64,000 nt of DNA. Source: Microcoleus sp. Its GTDB lineage: Bacteria > Cyanobacteriota > Cyanobacteriia > Cyanobacteriales > Microcoleaceae. Where the stretch lies: positions 6,048,001 through 6,112,000 of the forward strand of contig CP181291.1 in the NCBI GenBank assembly GCA_052279835.1. The letters run 5' to 3'. Below the pieces are notes generated by a model. That model did not search any database and was not told the origin of the DNA. It worked only from the letters and a program-made list of their open reading frames with translations. How positions within the stretch are numbered: the first letter of the stretch is position 1; every line of letters begins with the position of its first letter. The translations under genes and the position numbers were made by a program. Positions 1-10,069 of this stretch are shown here, in pieces.

Positions 1-2
1 CA

Positions 3-1523
3 GCAAATCTTGATGATGATTTTGGACAAGCATATCTGGCGGTGTTTGGAGAAAATTTGCAGAAATCGGATTGGATTGGACTATTGAATGAAGCGACTGT
101 GGCAGGAATTTTGGAACATTTGGTGTCAGGTATTTACAAAATTCACCCGGCATTGCCTTGGTATCTGCGGCAACAGTTGGACAACAATAATTCGCAGGAG
201 GTAATCAGTAATCTGGAAAAAAAGTTGCTGATTTTCTACGCAATGTTGGCGGATGATTACCGTCAGAAACTGATCGGGAATGCGGAACAGGCAAGCTTTG
301 TGCTGCGAGTGGAAGAACCGAATTTATTACAACAGTTGCGAATGGCAGAACAGCAACAGGAATGGGCTGAAGCTCAAGCAATTCTTCAAGCTTTGGGAGA
401 AGTGTATAAAAGGTGGGGACGCAAACCGGAATTTAAGTCGCTGCGACAACGGGCGCTGAATCAAATTGGCTTCCATTTGGCAGAGGCAAAGGCAAAGGGT
501 AAAGATGCTTTTGAGTTCTGGATGCATCTGCGGGTAGAGGATGCGAATGAAGCTCTTCAAAGTGCTGACTTGGAAACAGCAAGAGCAGTTTATCAAGAAA
601 TTATCGATGAACTCGTAGCTTTAAATGACTCCTCAGTCAATGACAATATTGCTACTTATTATCACAATCTAGGAGTAGTAGCCCAAGAGCAACGGCGGTT
701 TGATGATGCGATCGCTTTTTACAACAAAGCTCTCCAAATTAGAGAAGATGCGGGGGATTTGTACATGGCTGCTGGCGACTATCACCAACTGGGAATAGTC
801 GCCGAAGAGCAACGGCGCTTTGATGATGCGATCGCTTTTTACAACAAAGCTCTCAAAATTTATGAAGATGCGGGGGATTTGTACATGGCTGCTGGCGACT
901 ATCACCAACTGGGAATAGTAGCCCAATTGCAATGGCGGTTTGATGATGCGATCGCTTTTTACAACAAAGCTCTCAAAATTTATGAAGATGCGGAGGATTT
1001 GTACAACGCTGCTGGCGACTATCACAATCTAGGAGTAGTAGCCCAATTGCAATGGCAGTTTGATGATGCGATCGCTTTTTACAACAAAGCTCTCAAAATT
1101 TATGAAGATGCGGGGGATTCTCACAAGGCTGCTAACCAGTATGAAGGATTGGGAAACATTGCCAAAGAGCAAGGAGATTTTGACACTGCTGTTGCGTATT
1201 TCCAAAAAGCATTTACAGCTCTAAGTGCAGCCAATGATTGGCGTCAAGCTTCCAAAATTCTAACTGCATGGGGCCGAACCTTAGAAGCCGAATCGAATTG
1301 GACGGAGGCGGTTAAAATTTACATTCAAGCGTTAGAAATTGACATTGAGCATAACTCAGAATGGGTTGGCTCGGATATCCATAATTTAGGGCGGATGCTG
1401 AAGCAGTTGGGAGACAGTCAGTTTCAGGGAATTTGGCGAGAGTTTACGGGTGATGAGTGTCCGGGAGAGTGGTTTTCAGCTATTCAGAAAGCCAGTGAAA
1501 CAGAGGAGGAGGGAGCAGATTAA
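3..1523 (+). CDS. Tetratricopeptide-repeat protein, 5'-partial (likely C-terminal part of a large NB-ARC/CHAT-type TPR protein)
   Basis: Frame is open from the window edge (GCA AAT CTT... at 3). Contains 40-aa TPR-like repeats (YHxLGxVAxxQxxFDDAIAFYNKAL). The upstream domain identity is inferred only. Confidence 0.8.
   Translation, partial: ANLDDDFGQAYLAVFGENLQKSDWIGLLNEATVAGILEHLVSGIYKIHPALPWYLRQQLDNNNSQEVISNLEKKLLIFYAMLADDYRQKLIGNAEQASFVLRVEEPNLLQQLRMAEQQQEWAEAQAILQALGEVYKRWGRKPEFKSLRQRALNQIGFHLAEAKAKGKDAFEFWMHLRVEDANEALQSADLETARAVYQEIIDELVALNDSSVNDNIATYYHNLGVVAQEQRRFDDAIAFYNKALQIREDAGDLYMAAGDYHQLGIVAEEQRRFDDAIAFYNKALKIYEDAGDLYMAAGDYHQLGIVAQLQWRFDDAIAFYNKALKIYEDAEDLYNAAGDYHNLGVVAQLQWQFDDAIAFYNKALKIYEDAGDSHKAANQYEGLGNIAKEQGDFDTAVAYFQKAFTALSAANDWRQASKILTAWGRTLEAESNWTEAVKIYIQALEIDIEHNSEWVGSDIHNLGRMLKQLGDSQFQGIWREFTGDECPGEWFSAIQKASETEEEGAD
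661..1140 (+). repeat. Four near-identical 120-bp tandem repeats encoding TPR units
   Basis: Units start at 661, 781, 901 and 1021. Each has GCGATCGC at the same offset (708, 828, 948, 1068). Confidence 0.95.
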
Positions 1524-1551
1524 TTGTGACAGGATTTACGCACGGGGGTTC

Positions 1552-1615
1552 AGAAACCGGGTTTTTACGAAAATACTCGTTGCGACGCGCAGATTCTGGA
1601 AAAAACCCGGTTTCT
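1552..1615. repeat. Dispersed palindromic repeat AGAAACCGGGTTT...AAACCCGGTTTCT
   Basis: Terminal inverted repeats. Related copies or halves at 4028-4092, 41534-41566, 44503-44514 and 62952-62963. Confidence 0.85.
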
Positions 1616-1754
1616 TTCGTCGGATGGCGTAGGCCACGGAGGACACGACAGTGCCGTTTCCCTACCCCGAAATCGTCGTTCTTCTTCGTAAATTAATTCG
1701 GACATAGCAATGCCGTTTCCCTACCCAGAGACTGTTGGCAAGACTATTAAATCT

Positions 1755-1837
1755 AGATCCCCCCTAGCCCCCCTTCTTAAGGGGGGGACAAGATTCTGTT
1801 CAAAGTCCCCCTTCTTAAGGGGGATTTAGGGGGATCT
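1755..1837. repeat. Dispersed CCCCCTT-N-AAGGGGG hairpin repeat element
   Basis: Ends AGATCCCCCCT/AGGGGGATCT, with two internal CCCCCTTCTTAAGGGGG stems. Relatives near 26785, 31215, 32183, 38665, 41438, 44371 and 58930. Confidence 0.8.
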
Positions 1838-1938
1838 GGACTCAGGAAAAAGCGAAATTTCTCATACCACCAGATTTAATATTACTGGTATAATCATTAC
1901 CATCAAAATTATTTAACTAACCTACCGCAATTAACAAT

Positions 1939-2373
1939 ATGGAACCGATACTAACTTCCGCTGAAATGAATGAAAAGCGGCTGCTGTTGCAAGATTACGC
2001 TCCCGCCCAAGCAGCCTTTGCCATCTTGGAAAAACACAACGGCAGACTTGACATGAGTTTTGATGAATTGTGGGGTGAAAACAACAATCTTGAATCCTTT
2101 GCACAGCCAAAAAGTGGCAAATCCCTATGGCAAGTCACGCTGAAAACTCTCCGCGCTGAACTCTGCGGCAATGATGGTTTGCGGGCACAATTTAAAGACT
2201 ATACTAAAAATCCTGGGAGTACGCCTTTGCTGACGGGATTAATAGTTGCCGTTGTCGGCTTGGGCGCTTCTTCGGGAATTCCGATCGATCCTAGTATTGC
2301 TACTATTATTGTTCTGTATCTGCTCAAAATTAGTCTCAATATTTTTTGCGAATATACTGAACCGGTGAGTTAG
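1939..2373 (+). CDS. Hypothetical protein with C-terminal hydrophobic helical hairpin
   Basis: 144-aa ATG ORF. C-terminus LLTGLIVAVVGLG...IATIIVLYLLKI. Confidence 0.75.
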   Translation: MEPILTSAEMNEKRLLLQDYAPAQAAFAILEKHNGRLDMSFDELWGENNNLESFAQPKSGKSLWQVTLKTLRAELCGNDGLRAQFKDYTKNPGSTPLLTGLIVAVVGLGASSGIPIDPSIATIIVLYLLKISLNIFCEYTEPVS

Positions 2374-2510
2374 AATTTAGGCACGATTATATCGTGGATG
2401 ATTCGGCGATTGAAATTAGGGCAACCACGGGGGGATTGCCCCTACTACACAAACTTTCGTCCGCCTCCGCGGACTAAGAATGACACATACTTATGTATTT
2501 TTCCACTCAT

Positions 2511-3959
2511 CTACTTACAATTATCGCAGTGTCCGCAACGCATTGATTTAGCTTCCTTTGCAAAACCAAAAGCTTGCAATAAGAATTGCCATCTACACTG
2601 TCGATGTTTCAGGTAGTTTGCCATTTCCTCAGCCGCGGTAAAATTTGATTGGTCGCCTTTTTGCTGTGCCGATTTATTGATGACATAATTAAAAGGATTT
2701 TCCCATTTTAATTGGCCGCTGCTGTGCAGAATTGCAAGGGCGATCGCACTTTCGGGAAATTCGCGCGAAATTGCATCTACATTACCTTGAAGGGGCAGGT
2801 TTTTAGCTAACTGCTGTGCTTCTCGATATTGCGATCGCAATTTATCCTCAAAAAACTCCTTTCTTTGTTTATCTTCGGGGTATAACCAGCCCGTCGGTTC
2901 GCTAATTAACGTCAGGGCGATCGCCGATTTGCCGTCCCGTCCGCCTCTACCAATTTCTTGAATGTATTCTGATAATAGCAAAGGTGCTTGAAAATGTACA
3001 ACCCACCGGACATCTGGCTTGTTAATTCCCATCCCAAATGCGGAGGTACACACCACAAACATCAAGCCTCCATTCAGCCAAGCTGTTTCTATTTTTCGCC
3101 GTTCTTCTGCACTTAAACCTGCATGATAGGCGGCGGTTTCATAGCCTTGTTCTTCCAGCAAATCTGCTAATTTTTCGCTATCTTTTCTAGTGCGAACATA
3201 CACTAAACCTGCTTCTTTTGGTCGATTTTTAATAAAATTTAATAACTGCTGTTTGCGTCCCCTTGGTGTCCAGACTGTTTGCACTTGCAGATGTAAGTTA
3301 GAACGATAGGGATTTAGCAGAAATGCTTCCGGCTTTTGTAGTTGCAAGACATTTTTGATGATTTTTTGTGCTGCTGGGTTGGCGGTAGCGGTGAAAGCGG
3401 CGATCGCAATTTTAGTACCTTGTGGTTTAGTTTCCAATAAGGCCGAGCGCACAGTACCCAAACGCCGATAAGCTGGTCGAAATGTATCGCCCCATTGGAC
3501 TAAACAGTGAGCTTCATCTAATATTAAACCATTGATTTGTATTTGTGGCTGACTGATGATTTCCCAGACAGATTTGCTGAGCAAGGTTTCGGGAGATAGG
3601 TACAGCAATCTCCACTTATTTTGTTGCAGAGATTGCATAGTTTGTCGCTGCTGCTGTCTTGGCAATTGACTGTGGAGGAGGGCGGCGGGGAGATGGCGAT
3701 CGCGCAATTCTTGCACTTGATTTTCCATCAGGGCTACCAGCGGCGAAACTACGAGAGTTAAGCCTGTTTGTAACAAAGCTGGCAGTTGAAAACAGATAGA
3801 TTTTCCGCCACCTGTCGGCATAATTATTAGTGTATCTTTTCCGGCTAATAAACTGGTGACAATTTCTGCTTGGGGTGGTCGAAAATCTGCATAGCCCCAA
3901 AATTTTTGGAAAGCAGCGCGGGCTTGATTTAATAATGTTAATTCTGGATTAACTTTCAT
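2511..3959 (-). CDS. recQ: RecQ-family ATP-dependent DNA helicase (short form; start could be 3974)
   Basis: MPTGGGKS Walker A, DEAH, TATA, QEIGRGGRDG and C-terminal CGHCDNC Zn motif. Confidence 0.92.
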   Translation of the reverse strand: MKVNPELTLLNQARAAFQKFWGYADFRPPQAEIVTSLLAGKDTLIIMPTGGGKSICFQLPALLQTGLTLVVSPLVALMENQVQELRDRHLPAALLHSQLPRQQQRQTMQSLQQNKWRLLYLSPETLLSKSVWEIISQPQIQINGLILDEAHCLVQWGDTFRPAYRRLGTVRSALLETKPQGTKIAIAAFTATANPAAQKIIKNVLQLQKPEAFLLNPYRSNLHLQVQTVWTPRGRKQQLLNFIKNRPKEAGLVYVRTRKDSEKLADLLEEQGYETAAYHAGLSAEERRKIETAWLNGGLMFVVCTSAFGMGINKPDVRWVVHFQAPLLLSEYIQEIGRGGRDGKSAIALTLISEPTGWLYPEDKQRKEFFEDKLRSQYREAQQLAKNLPLQGNVDAISREFPESAIALAILHSSGQLKWENPFNYVINKSAQQKGDQSNFTAAEEMANYLKHRQCRWQFLLQAFGFAKEAKSMRCGHCDNCK

Positions 3960-4027
3960 GCACTTTATTGGCAACGGATCATGCGATATTTTTGAGCGAT
4001 CGTACAGGAATTACGCGCTTCGACAAA

Positions 4028-4092
4028 AGAAACCGGGTTTGTTAGCTAGTCGGCCGGTGACAACGAAATATTGTCGCAAAAACCCGGTTTCT
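4028..4092. repeat. Copy of the AGAAACCGGGTTT...AAACCCGGTTTCT repeat
   Basis: Same terminal inverted repeats as 1552-1615. Confidence 0.85.
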
Positions 4093-4139
4093 CACAACCC
4101 GCGCGTAAGTCTTGTGCAAAATCCAAAATCTAAAATTTC

Positions 4140-4523
4140 CTAAGACTCTTCACCGTCTCGGCGTCCGAGTTCGTAAACTGCGCCTCCAATACAGGCGATC
4201 GTACCCATAGATACGGCCCAACCTGTACCCAGAGACAATTCTACGCCCCAATTGCAAAATCCTCCCACAATTAAAAAAGGCACAATACTCAACAGCGAAG
4301 CGTAAAAGGCATTTTGAGCTTCTCGACTTTGGCGAGTCTTCTCAAACTCCGCTTCGGAAGTATAAAGGGATCTTTCGGCAAAATTCATCCAGCGGTTGAG
4401 TTGCAGAATCACCCATGCTGTCAGGGGTGATAGACCCCAATACAGGGCCAAAGACCATAAAGACGCACCGGCGATCGCAGTTGCGTCTATGGCAAAACTA
4501 AAGGGAAAAATTTCAGTAAGCAT
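4140..4523 (-). CDS. Conserved cyanobacterial membrane protein
   Basis: 127-aa ORF with about three hydrophobic segments. Confidence 0.75.
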   Translation of the reverse strand: MLTEIFPFSFAIDATAIAGASLWSLALYWGLSPLTAWVILQLNRWMNFAERSLYTSEAEFEKTRQSREAQNAFYASLLSIVPFLIVGGFCNWGVELSLGTGWAVSMGTIACIGGAVYELGRRDGEES

Positions 4524-4676
4524 TGCTGGGTGTCAACTGTAAATATGAGATTTTAGAGTTCATCCAAAATCCCCGGACAAGTATAGTGTCAAACAAAGAG
4601 TCGATCGAATTCAACGGTAGCAGGAATTATGCAGCAAAATTATGGTTGCGCCACCCCCGACATTTAGCCGGAAGCC

Positions 4677-4704
4677 TTGACACTGGTTCTGCATGAAGTA
4701 AGAT
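4677..4704 (+). promoter_or_regulatory. Sigma70-like promoter for the M23 gene
   Basis: TTGACA-16 nt-TAAGAT about 100 bp upstream of the ORF. Confidence 0.45.
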
Positions 4705-4804
4705 ACACGTTGATAAACTGATTCGCCCAGCGGGTAGAGCTCACACGCTATCTGGCAGCGAATTGACAACATAGACACTTGCCCATAAATTCTTACTTTG
4801 AGCC

Positions 4805-5422
4805 GTGAAAAAAATCCTGCAAGACTCTAGAGGCCCGCTGACAGTAAAACGCTTTTTTCGTCTCCGACAGATGCTGCTGCTGGTACTTTCGATCGGCATT
4901 GTTTCGATCAGCCCTTATTTACAGCAGCAGTTGGTCAAAGCTCAGTCAGCTTTACCCAGCAAAGTAGCCACGGGTAATTTGTGGCAAGAAGCTTCTTTTC
5001 CGGTGGAGAAATTTCAAGACTACACTTCTCCCTTCGGTCCTCGCGGGGGCGATTTTCATTACGGTTTGGACATGGCAGCCCCCGAAGGCAGTTATATTCG
5101 CAATTGGTGGGGTGGTCAAATTGCGGAAGTTTGGGAAGACGGTAGGTGTGGTACTGGTATTGTGGTGCGATCGGGCAATTGGGAACATATCTATTGTCAC
5201 CTCAGAGGCAGAGTAGAAACTGCTAACGGCGGACGTTATTATACCGATCGCGAAGGCTTACAAATTTGGCAAGGTCAAACAGTGCCAGCCGGTGCGAGAA
5301 TTGCGAGAGTTGGCATGACTGGCCGCACGTCTGGCCCTCACCTGCACTGGGGATTGAAGTACGGTGGCCGCTGGGTAGATCCGGCTTTGGTACTGCGGGA
5401 AATGTATGCACAACAGTCTTAA
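4805..5422 (+). CDS. M23 family metallopeptidase
   Basis: HYGLD (HxxxD), YCHL, GRTSGPHLH motifs and an N-terminal hydrophobic segment. Confidence 0.92.
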   Translation: MKKILQDSRGPLTVKRFFRLRQMLLLVLSIGIVSISPYLQQQLVKAQSALPSKVATGNLWQEASFPVEKFQDYTSPFGPRGGDFHYGLDMAAPEGSYIRNWWGGQIAEVWEDGRCGTGIVVRSGNWEHIYCHLRGRVETANGGRYYTDREGLQIWQGQTVPAGARIARVGMTGRTSGPHLHWGLKYGGRWVDPALVLREMYAQQS

Positions 5423-5423
5423 T

Positions 5424-5550
5424 TAGTTATTAGTTATTAGTCATTAGTCATTGGTCATTGGTCATTAGTCATTAGTCATTGGAACCAACAAATAACAAAT
5501 AACAAATAACAAATAACAAATAACTGACTAATGACCAATGACCAATGACT
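5424..5550. repeat. 7-bp STRR arrays (TAGTCAT/TGGTCAT, AAATAAC) between convergent genes, ends mutually inverted
   Basis: Heptamer tandem arrays are directly visible. Confidence 0.9.
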
Positions 5551-5552
5551 CT

Positions 5553-7490
5553 TTATCTCGGTGCCAATTGTTTTTTCGGTGACTGGGTGTATTTATTCAC
5601 AATTTGGCGGAATTCATCGCCGTCAATGGTTTCTAAATCCAACAGTTTTTCCACAAGTTTGTCTACCAAAGGACGGTTTTCGCTGATAATCCGGCGGGCT
5701 TCTGCGTAGCAGTGAAAAGCAATCGTCCGAATTTGTTGATCGATTTTGTCTGCCATTTCTTCAGAATACTGCGATCGCGAACTCCACTCTCCGCCCAAAA
5801 ATACCTGATTGCTGGGACTTTCCAAGGCCACAGGCCCCAAATCAGACATTCCATAAAGCGTTACCATCTCTCTGGCGAGATTGCTAACTTTTCGGATATC
5901 GCTACCGGCACCGGTGTCGATTTCGTCGTCGCCGTAGATTTCGGCTTCCGCGGCCCGTCCCCCCAAAGCTACTGTAATCCGGTTTAACAGCAGCGATCGA
6001 CTCCTCAAACCTTCACTATCGACCATTTCATCATCTAGGGTAAAGCTAGTAAAGCCTTCAATGCCACCGGAACGGGGAATGATTGTCACCTTTTCTACCG
6101 GGTCAGCATTTTTGAGCATGGTGGCTACTAGGGCGTGTCCGACTTCGTGGTATGCTGTCATCCACTTTTTCTTGCTGTCGAGTAGGGGATTGAGAGTCAG
6201 ACCGATCGTAATTCGGTCGATCGCGTCGTTAATTTCTAAATTAGCGATCGTATCTTTGCGCCGTCTGGCTGTGAGAATTGCCGCTTCGTTGAGCAAATTA
6301 GCTAAGTCGGCGCCAGAAAAGCCGGGAGTACGACGGGCGATCGTTTCTAGCGTCACTTCTGGGTCAAGTTTTTTGTTGCGGGCGTGAACTTGCAAAATCC
6401 CCAAACGCCCTTTGTAGCTTGGTAAATCTACCGTTACTTGGCGGTCGAACCTACCTGGCCGCAACAAGGCAGTATCGAGGACATCCGGGCGGTTGGTAGC
6501 GGCAATGATAATTACGCCGCTGTTACCCTCAAAGCCGTCCATTTCTGTCAGCAACTGATTGAGAGTTTGTTCCCGTTCGTCGTTGCCGCCACCTATGCCC
6601 GCCCCCCGTTGCCTGCCTACGGCATCTATTTCGTCGATGAAGACGATGCAAGGGGAATTTTCTTTAGCTTTGCGGAACAAGTCGCGGACGCGGGAGGCGC
6701 CGACACCCACGAACATTTCGACAAATTCGGAACCGGAAATCGAAAAGAAGGGCACCCCTGCTTCCCCGGCGATGGCTTTTGCCAACATGGTTTTACCTGT
6801 TCCGGGAGGTCCGATTAACAAAACTCCTCTGGGAATTTTGGCACCGATGGCGTTGAATCGTTCGGGTTTTTTGAGGAATGTGACGACTTCTTGAAGTTCT
6901 TCCTTGGCTTCTTCGATGCCTGCTACGTCGTCGAACATCACGCCGGTTTTGGCTTCCATTTGGAAACGGGCTCTGGATTTGCCGAAATTCATGGCATTTC
7001 CTTGGGATTGGGTCGATCGACGCAGGATTGCCATCAGCACTGCTAGCACTGCGAAAATTACTAGCAAGTTTATGACTAAACTGACGGCGGCAGTGTTATC
7101 TGCGGTTTGTTTGACTTCAAAGTCGATTTTTTTGGCGCGGATTTGCGAGTAAAGTTCCCGGTTGTTGTAGTCGAACAGGGTAACAACTTGGGCTGTATCT
7201 GTTGGTTTTTGGTCTTTTAGTTTAACTTTGGCTGTTCTTTGGATTTCATCTATTTCGATTTTGCTGACTTGTCCTTTGTCTATGCTATCGATCAGTTTGC
7301 TGTAACTCATGGTGTTTGGCGTGGTATCGGCAAACACCGGTGTCGAGAGCAATATTCCTTGAGAAAGCACCAAACTGCCCAGGATGCGCCAAAGATGCCG
7401 TCCAGGAATTGATGTTTTAGGACTCTGCCTCGACTTGTCTTGTTTGGCGGCTAGATGCCCCAGCCATGCGTGTTTCCAAGAATTTTTCAT
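5553..7490 (-). CDS. ftsH: ATP-dependent zinc metalloprotease FtsH (start could be 7520)
   Basis: [19 protein letters not shown] ([19 protein letters not shown]), HEVGH zinc motif and two TM segments. Confidence 0.96.
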   Translation of the reverse strand: MKNSWKHAWLGHLAAKQDKSRQSPKTSIPGRHLWRILGSLVLSQGILLSTPVFADTTPNTMSYSKLIDSIDKGQVSKIEIDEIQRTAKVKLKDQKPTDTAQVVTLFDYNNRELYSQIRAKKIDFEVKQTADNTAAVSLVINLLVIFAVLAVLMAILRRSTQSQGNAMNFGKSRARFQMEAKTGVMFDDVAGIEEAKEELQEVVTFLKKPERFNAIGAKIPRGVLLIGPPGTGKTMLAKAIAGEAGVPFFSISGSEFVEMFVGVGASRVRDLFRKAKENSPCIVFIDEIDAVGRQRGAGIGGGNDEREQTLNQLLTEMDGFEGNSGVIIIAATNRPDVLDTALLRPGRFDRQVTVDLPSYKGRLGILQVHARNKKLDPEVTLETIARRTPGFSGADLANLLNEAAILTARRRKDTIANLEINDAIDRITIGLTLNPLLDSKKKWMTAYHEVGHALVATMLKNADPVEKVTIIPRSGGIEGFTSFTLDDEMVDSEGLRSRSLLLNRITVALGGRAAEAEIYGDDEIDTGAGSDIRKVSNLAREMVTLYGMSDLGPVALESPSNQVFLGGEWSSRSQYSEEMADKIDQQIRTIAFHCYAEARRIISENRPLVDKLVEKLLDLETIDGDEFRQIVNKYTQSPKKQLAPR

Positions 7491-7692
7491 ATTGCTTTGC
7501 CCAAAGTTGAAGACTACCAAGGTTGAAGACTGCCAAGATTGGCTGCTCTTCGTTTGCTGCGTTTATCTATTTTAACAAGAGGGCGGGGTCCCCATCACTG
7601 GTTGTGCAACCTTCTGTTGACAATCAAGCATCCAGCTTGTTAAATTAATCATACTCATAATGAGTACGTTTTATTTAGCTCTTAACCTAATT

Positions 7693-8238
7693 ATGGTAAA
7701 AATAGTTGGAATTGGCGGAAGTTTGCGGGCTGGTTCTTACAGCCAGATGGCGCTGGATATAGCAGCCCAGCGGGCGCGGGCCCTGGGCGCAGAGGTGGAA
7801 GTGTGGGATTTGCGATCGCTCAATCTGCCTTTTTGTACTGGAGAGAATGATTATCACAACTACCCAGATGTGGCAAAAATACAGAATTCGGTTAAGGCGG
7901 CCGACGGTTTAATTTTGGCAACACCGGAGTACCATGGCAGCCTCAGCGGTGTATTGAAGAATGCCCTGGATTTAATGAGTTTTGAGCATTTAGATGGAAA
8001 AGTGGTGGGTTCGATCGCCGTTTTGGGAGGGCAAGTTAACAGCAATGCGCTGAATGATTTGCGGGTGATTTTGAGATGGGTGCACGCTTGGGTGATTCCT
8101 GAACAAATTGCGATCGGACAAGCTTGGAAGGCTTTTAGTCCAGAGGGTAAATTGTTGGATGAAAAGTTGGATGAAAGGTTCGACCAATTTGCTCGCAGCT
8201 TAGTAGAAAATACCCAGAAATTGCGCGGAATTCAGTAG
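7693..8238 (+). CDS. NADPH-dependent FMN reductase
   Basis: GSLRAGSYS and TPEYHGSLSGVLKNALD motifs. Confidence 0.92.
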   Translation: MVKIVGIGGSLRAGSYSQMALDIAAQRARALGAEVEVWDLRSLNLPFCTGENDYHNYPDVAKIQNSVKAADGLILATPEYHGSLSGVLKNALDLMSFEHLDGKVVGSIAVLGGQVNSNALNDLRVILRWVHAWVIPEQIAIGQAWKAFSPEGKLLDEKLDERFDQFARSLVENTQKLRGIQ

Positions 8239-8276
8239 TAAAATGCTGGCTTTTGTCAGTGATTAATTGTTATGAG

Positions 8277-8507
8277 TTAAAATGGCATATCGATCGCCTC
8301 TCCGAAGGGATAGGGTTCATCCATCACCATCCTGCCGGGTTTTGACTCATATTTGTCAATCCACTTTTTGGCTAATTCCAAAGCTTCCTCCTCAGTTTTG
8401 GCATTTTGGACAGCGACGTGGCGGTTGCCACGGCTATCCCAAACCTCGACGTAGAATACTTTCTGAGACTGAATAATCCAACCTTTATAAGTGTCTGCTG
8501 GTTCCAT
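8277..8507 (-). CDS. Small hypothetical protein
   Basis: ATG ORF MEPADTYKGWII...EEEALELAKKWID with plausible composition. Confidence 0.55.
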   Translation of the reverse strand: MEPADTYKGWIIQSQKVFYVEVWDSRGNRHVAVQNAKTEEEALELAKKWIDKYESKPGRMVMDEPYPFGEAIDMPF

Positions 8508-8639
8508 AGTGACGATCCTAAAACAATCGGGTAGGGCGTTCAATTGCTGAGCTAATTCTCAATATTGCCATCGATAAAATGACTTTTCAGGGGGTTTGTA
8601 TAGTATTTTTGGAAAAAAGGCACTTTTACCCTGAACCTC

Positions 8640-9362
8640 ATGATTGGAATTTTCAAGAAATTCTTGAGTTGGAAAAAACATTTCCAACCTTTGGCGGGGG
8701 CGATCGCGATCGCCCTGATCCTATCCCAGATGGCTGTCTTGCCGGCATTGGCGACTGGTGTCTACGAAATGCCGATGTTGTCGGCTGGCGATCGTACTTG
8801 GGTATTCGACAAAGGCGATGTACTCAGCCGCAACAGCGAAAGCACGATTAGCAACGTGCTCGACAATTTGGAACAACAAACAGGGAAACAAATCCGGTTT
8901 GTTACCATCCACCGCTTAGACTACGGCGAAACTACGGCCACTTTCACCAAGCAACTATTTGAACAGTGGTTTCCCGCCACAGATGACCAGACTAATCAAA
9001 TTTTACTCGTTCTCGACACTGTTACCAACACTGCGGCAATTCGCACGGGGGAAGGGGTGAAATCCTTGCTAACGGATGAAATTGCCCAGAGTGTGGCTGG
9101 GGAAACCGTGCAAGTGCCGCTGCGGGAGGGTAACAAATACAATGAGGCGTTGACCGAGGCCAGTTCGCGCATTGCTACTGTTTTGTCGGGTGAACCAGAC
9201 CCGGGCGCGCCTGAAGTTGTGGACAACATTCAAGTCGAAGGCACCTTTAAGAAAGCTGAAGAAACAGACCAAGGTAATGCCACAGTTGTTGTGGTGGTGT
9301 TGTTGGTGTTGGCGACAGTGATTCCGATGGTGACTTATTTCTGGTATCAAGGTTTTTCGTGA
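8640..9362 (+). CDS. psb32: Photosystem II repair protein Psb32 (TPM domain)
   Basis: Signal peptide ending ALA-TGVY, FVTIHRLDYGET, and C-terminal TM ending VIPMVTYFWY. Confidence 0.88.
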   Translation: MIGIFKKFLSWKKHFQPLAGAIAIALILSQMAVLPALATGVYEMPMLSAGDRTWVFDKGDVLSRNSESTISNVLDNLEQQTGKQIRFVTIHRLDYGETTATFTKQLFEQWFPATDDQTNQILLVLDTVTNTAAIRTGEGVKSLLTDEIAQSVAGETVQVPLREGNKYNEALTEASSRIATVLSGEPDPGAPEVVDNIQVEGTFKKAEETDQGNATVVVVVLLVLATVIPMVTYFWYQGFS

Positions 9363-9421
9363 TCGGATACTGCGAGCTCGGATGAGTTGCCATTTTCTGA
9401 ATAAACTATGGCACTGTCGCA

Positions 9422-9805
9422 CTAATCTTGAACGTATTCTCGATCGCTCAATAGGGCCATTTCTGCCCGTACAAATTCCCGTCCCAAATAAGCCGCGTGA
9501 TCTAACATTGTCACTGGATTGGGGCGGGTTTCTTCGAGGATTTTGACGCAAAGTTCTTTGGCGGTTCTGCCGGTAAAAAGTGTAGACTGAGTGCGTTCTA
9601 CTTTGCCACGGGCGGGGATGGGTTTGCCGGTTTCGGGATCGACGGCGAGGCCTCTATCGTCGATGATGTTGGTGAAATGTTTGGCACAAATTAGGCTGGT
9701 TGTGCGATCGAGGTAGATGATGAAGTAGCCGCCTGGATCGAGGTCGATGTGGCGTTTGGATAGGTTGTCATCGATGGCGGTGAGGTTTTCCAAGGTTTGA
9801 CTCAT
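9422..9805 (-). CDS. DUF4346 domain protein
   Basis: LDPGGYFII...GRTAKEL...DHAAYLGRE...YVQD. Confidence 0.85.
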   Translation of the reverse strand: MSQTLENLTAIDDNLSKRHIDLDPGGYFIIYLDRTTSLICAKHFTNIIDDRGLAVDPETGKPIPARGKVERTQSTLFTGRTAKELCVKILEETRPNPVTMLDHAAYLGREFVRAEMALLSDREYVQD

Positions 9806-10069
9806 GGTTGGTGAAAGGAAGTAGATAATGGCTGTATTTTGTTTTGCTATTTCTAGTTTAGTCGGCTGCGGGACAAGTTTGGGAGTTTTTGGGCGATCGG
9901 CATTCTACGCGATATCTGTAGGGACTTACGGTTTGCCCTGTCCGGCGCTGGGTTTGGGTTCTAATTAGTATTATGAACCGCAGAGAGCGCAGAGAGCGCA
10001 GAGTGGAAGAACAGAGAGAAACAAAATGTGTTATTATGGGGTTGATTAAGATTTTGTATTAAATTATAG

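Noticed and set aside
661..1140. Diversity-generating retroelement template/variable repeats
   Set aside because: Differences are not adenine-specific, the repeats are tandem and coding, and no reverse transcriptase is in the window.
4720..4765. Yfr1 sRNA or c-di-AMP riboswitch upstream of the M23 gene
   Set aside because: A hairpin with a CTCACAC loop exists, but the full Yfr1 ACTCCTCACAC motif and the riboswitch consensus are absent.
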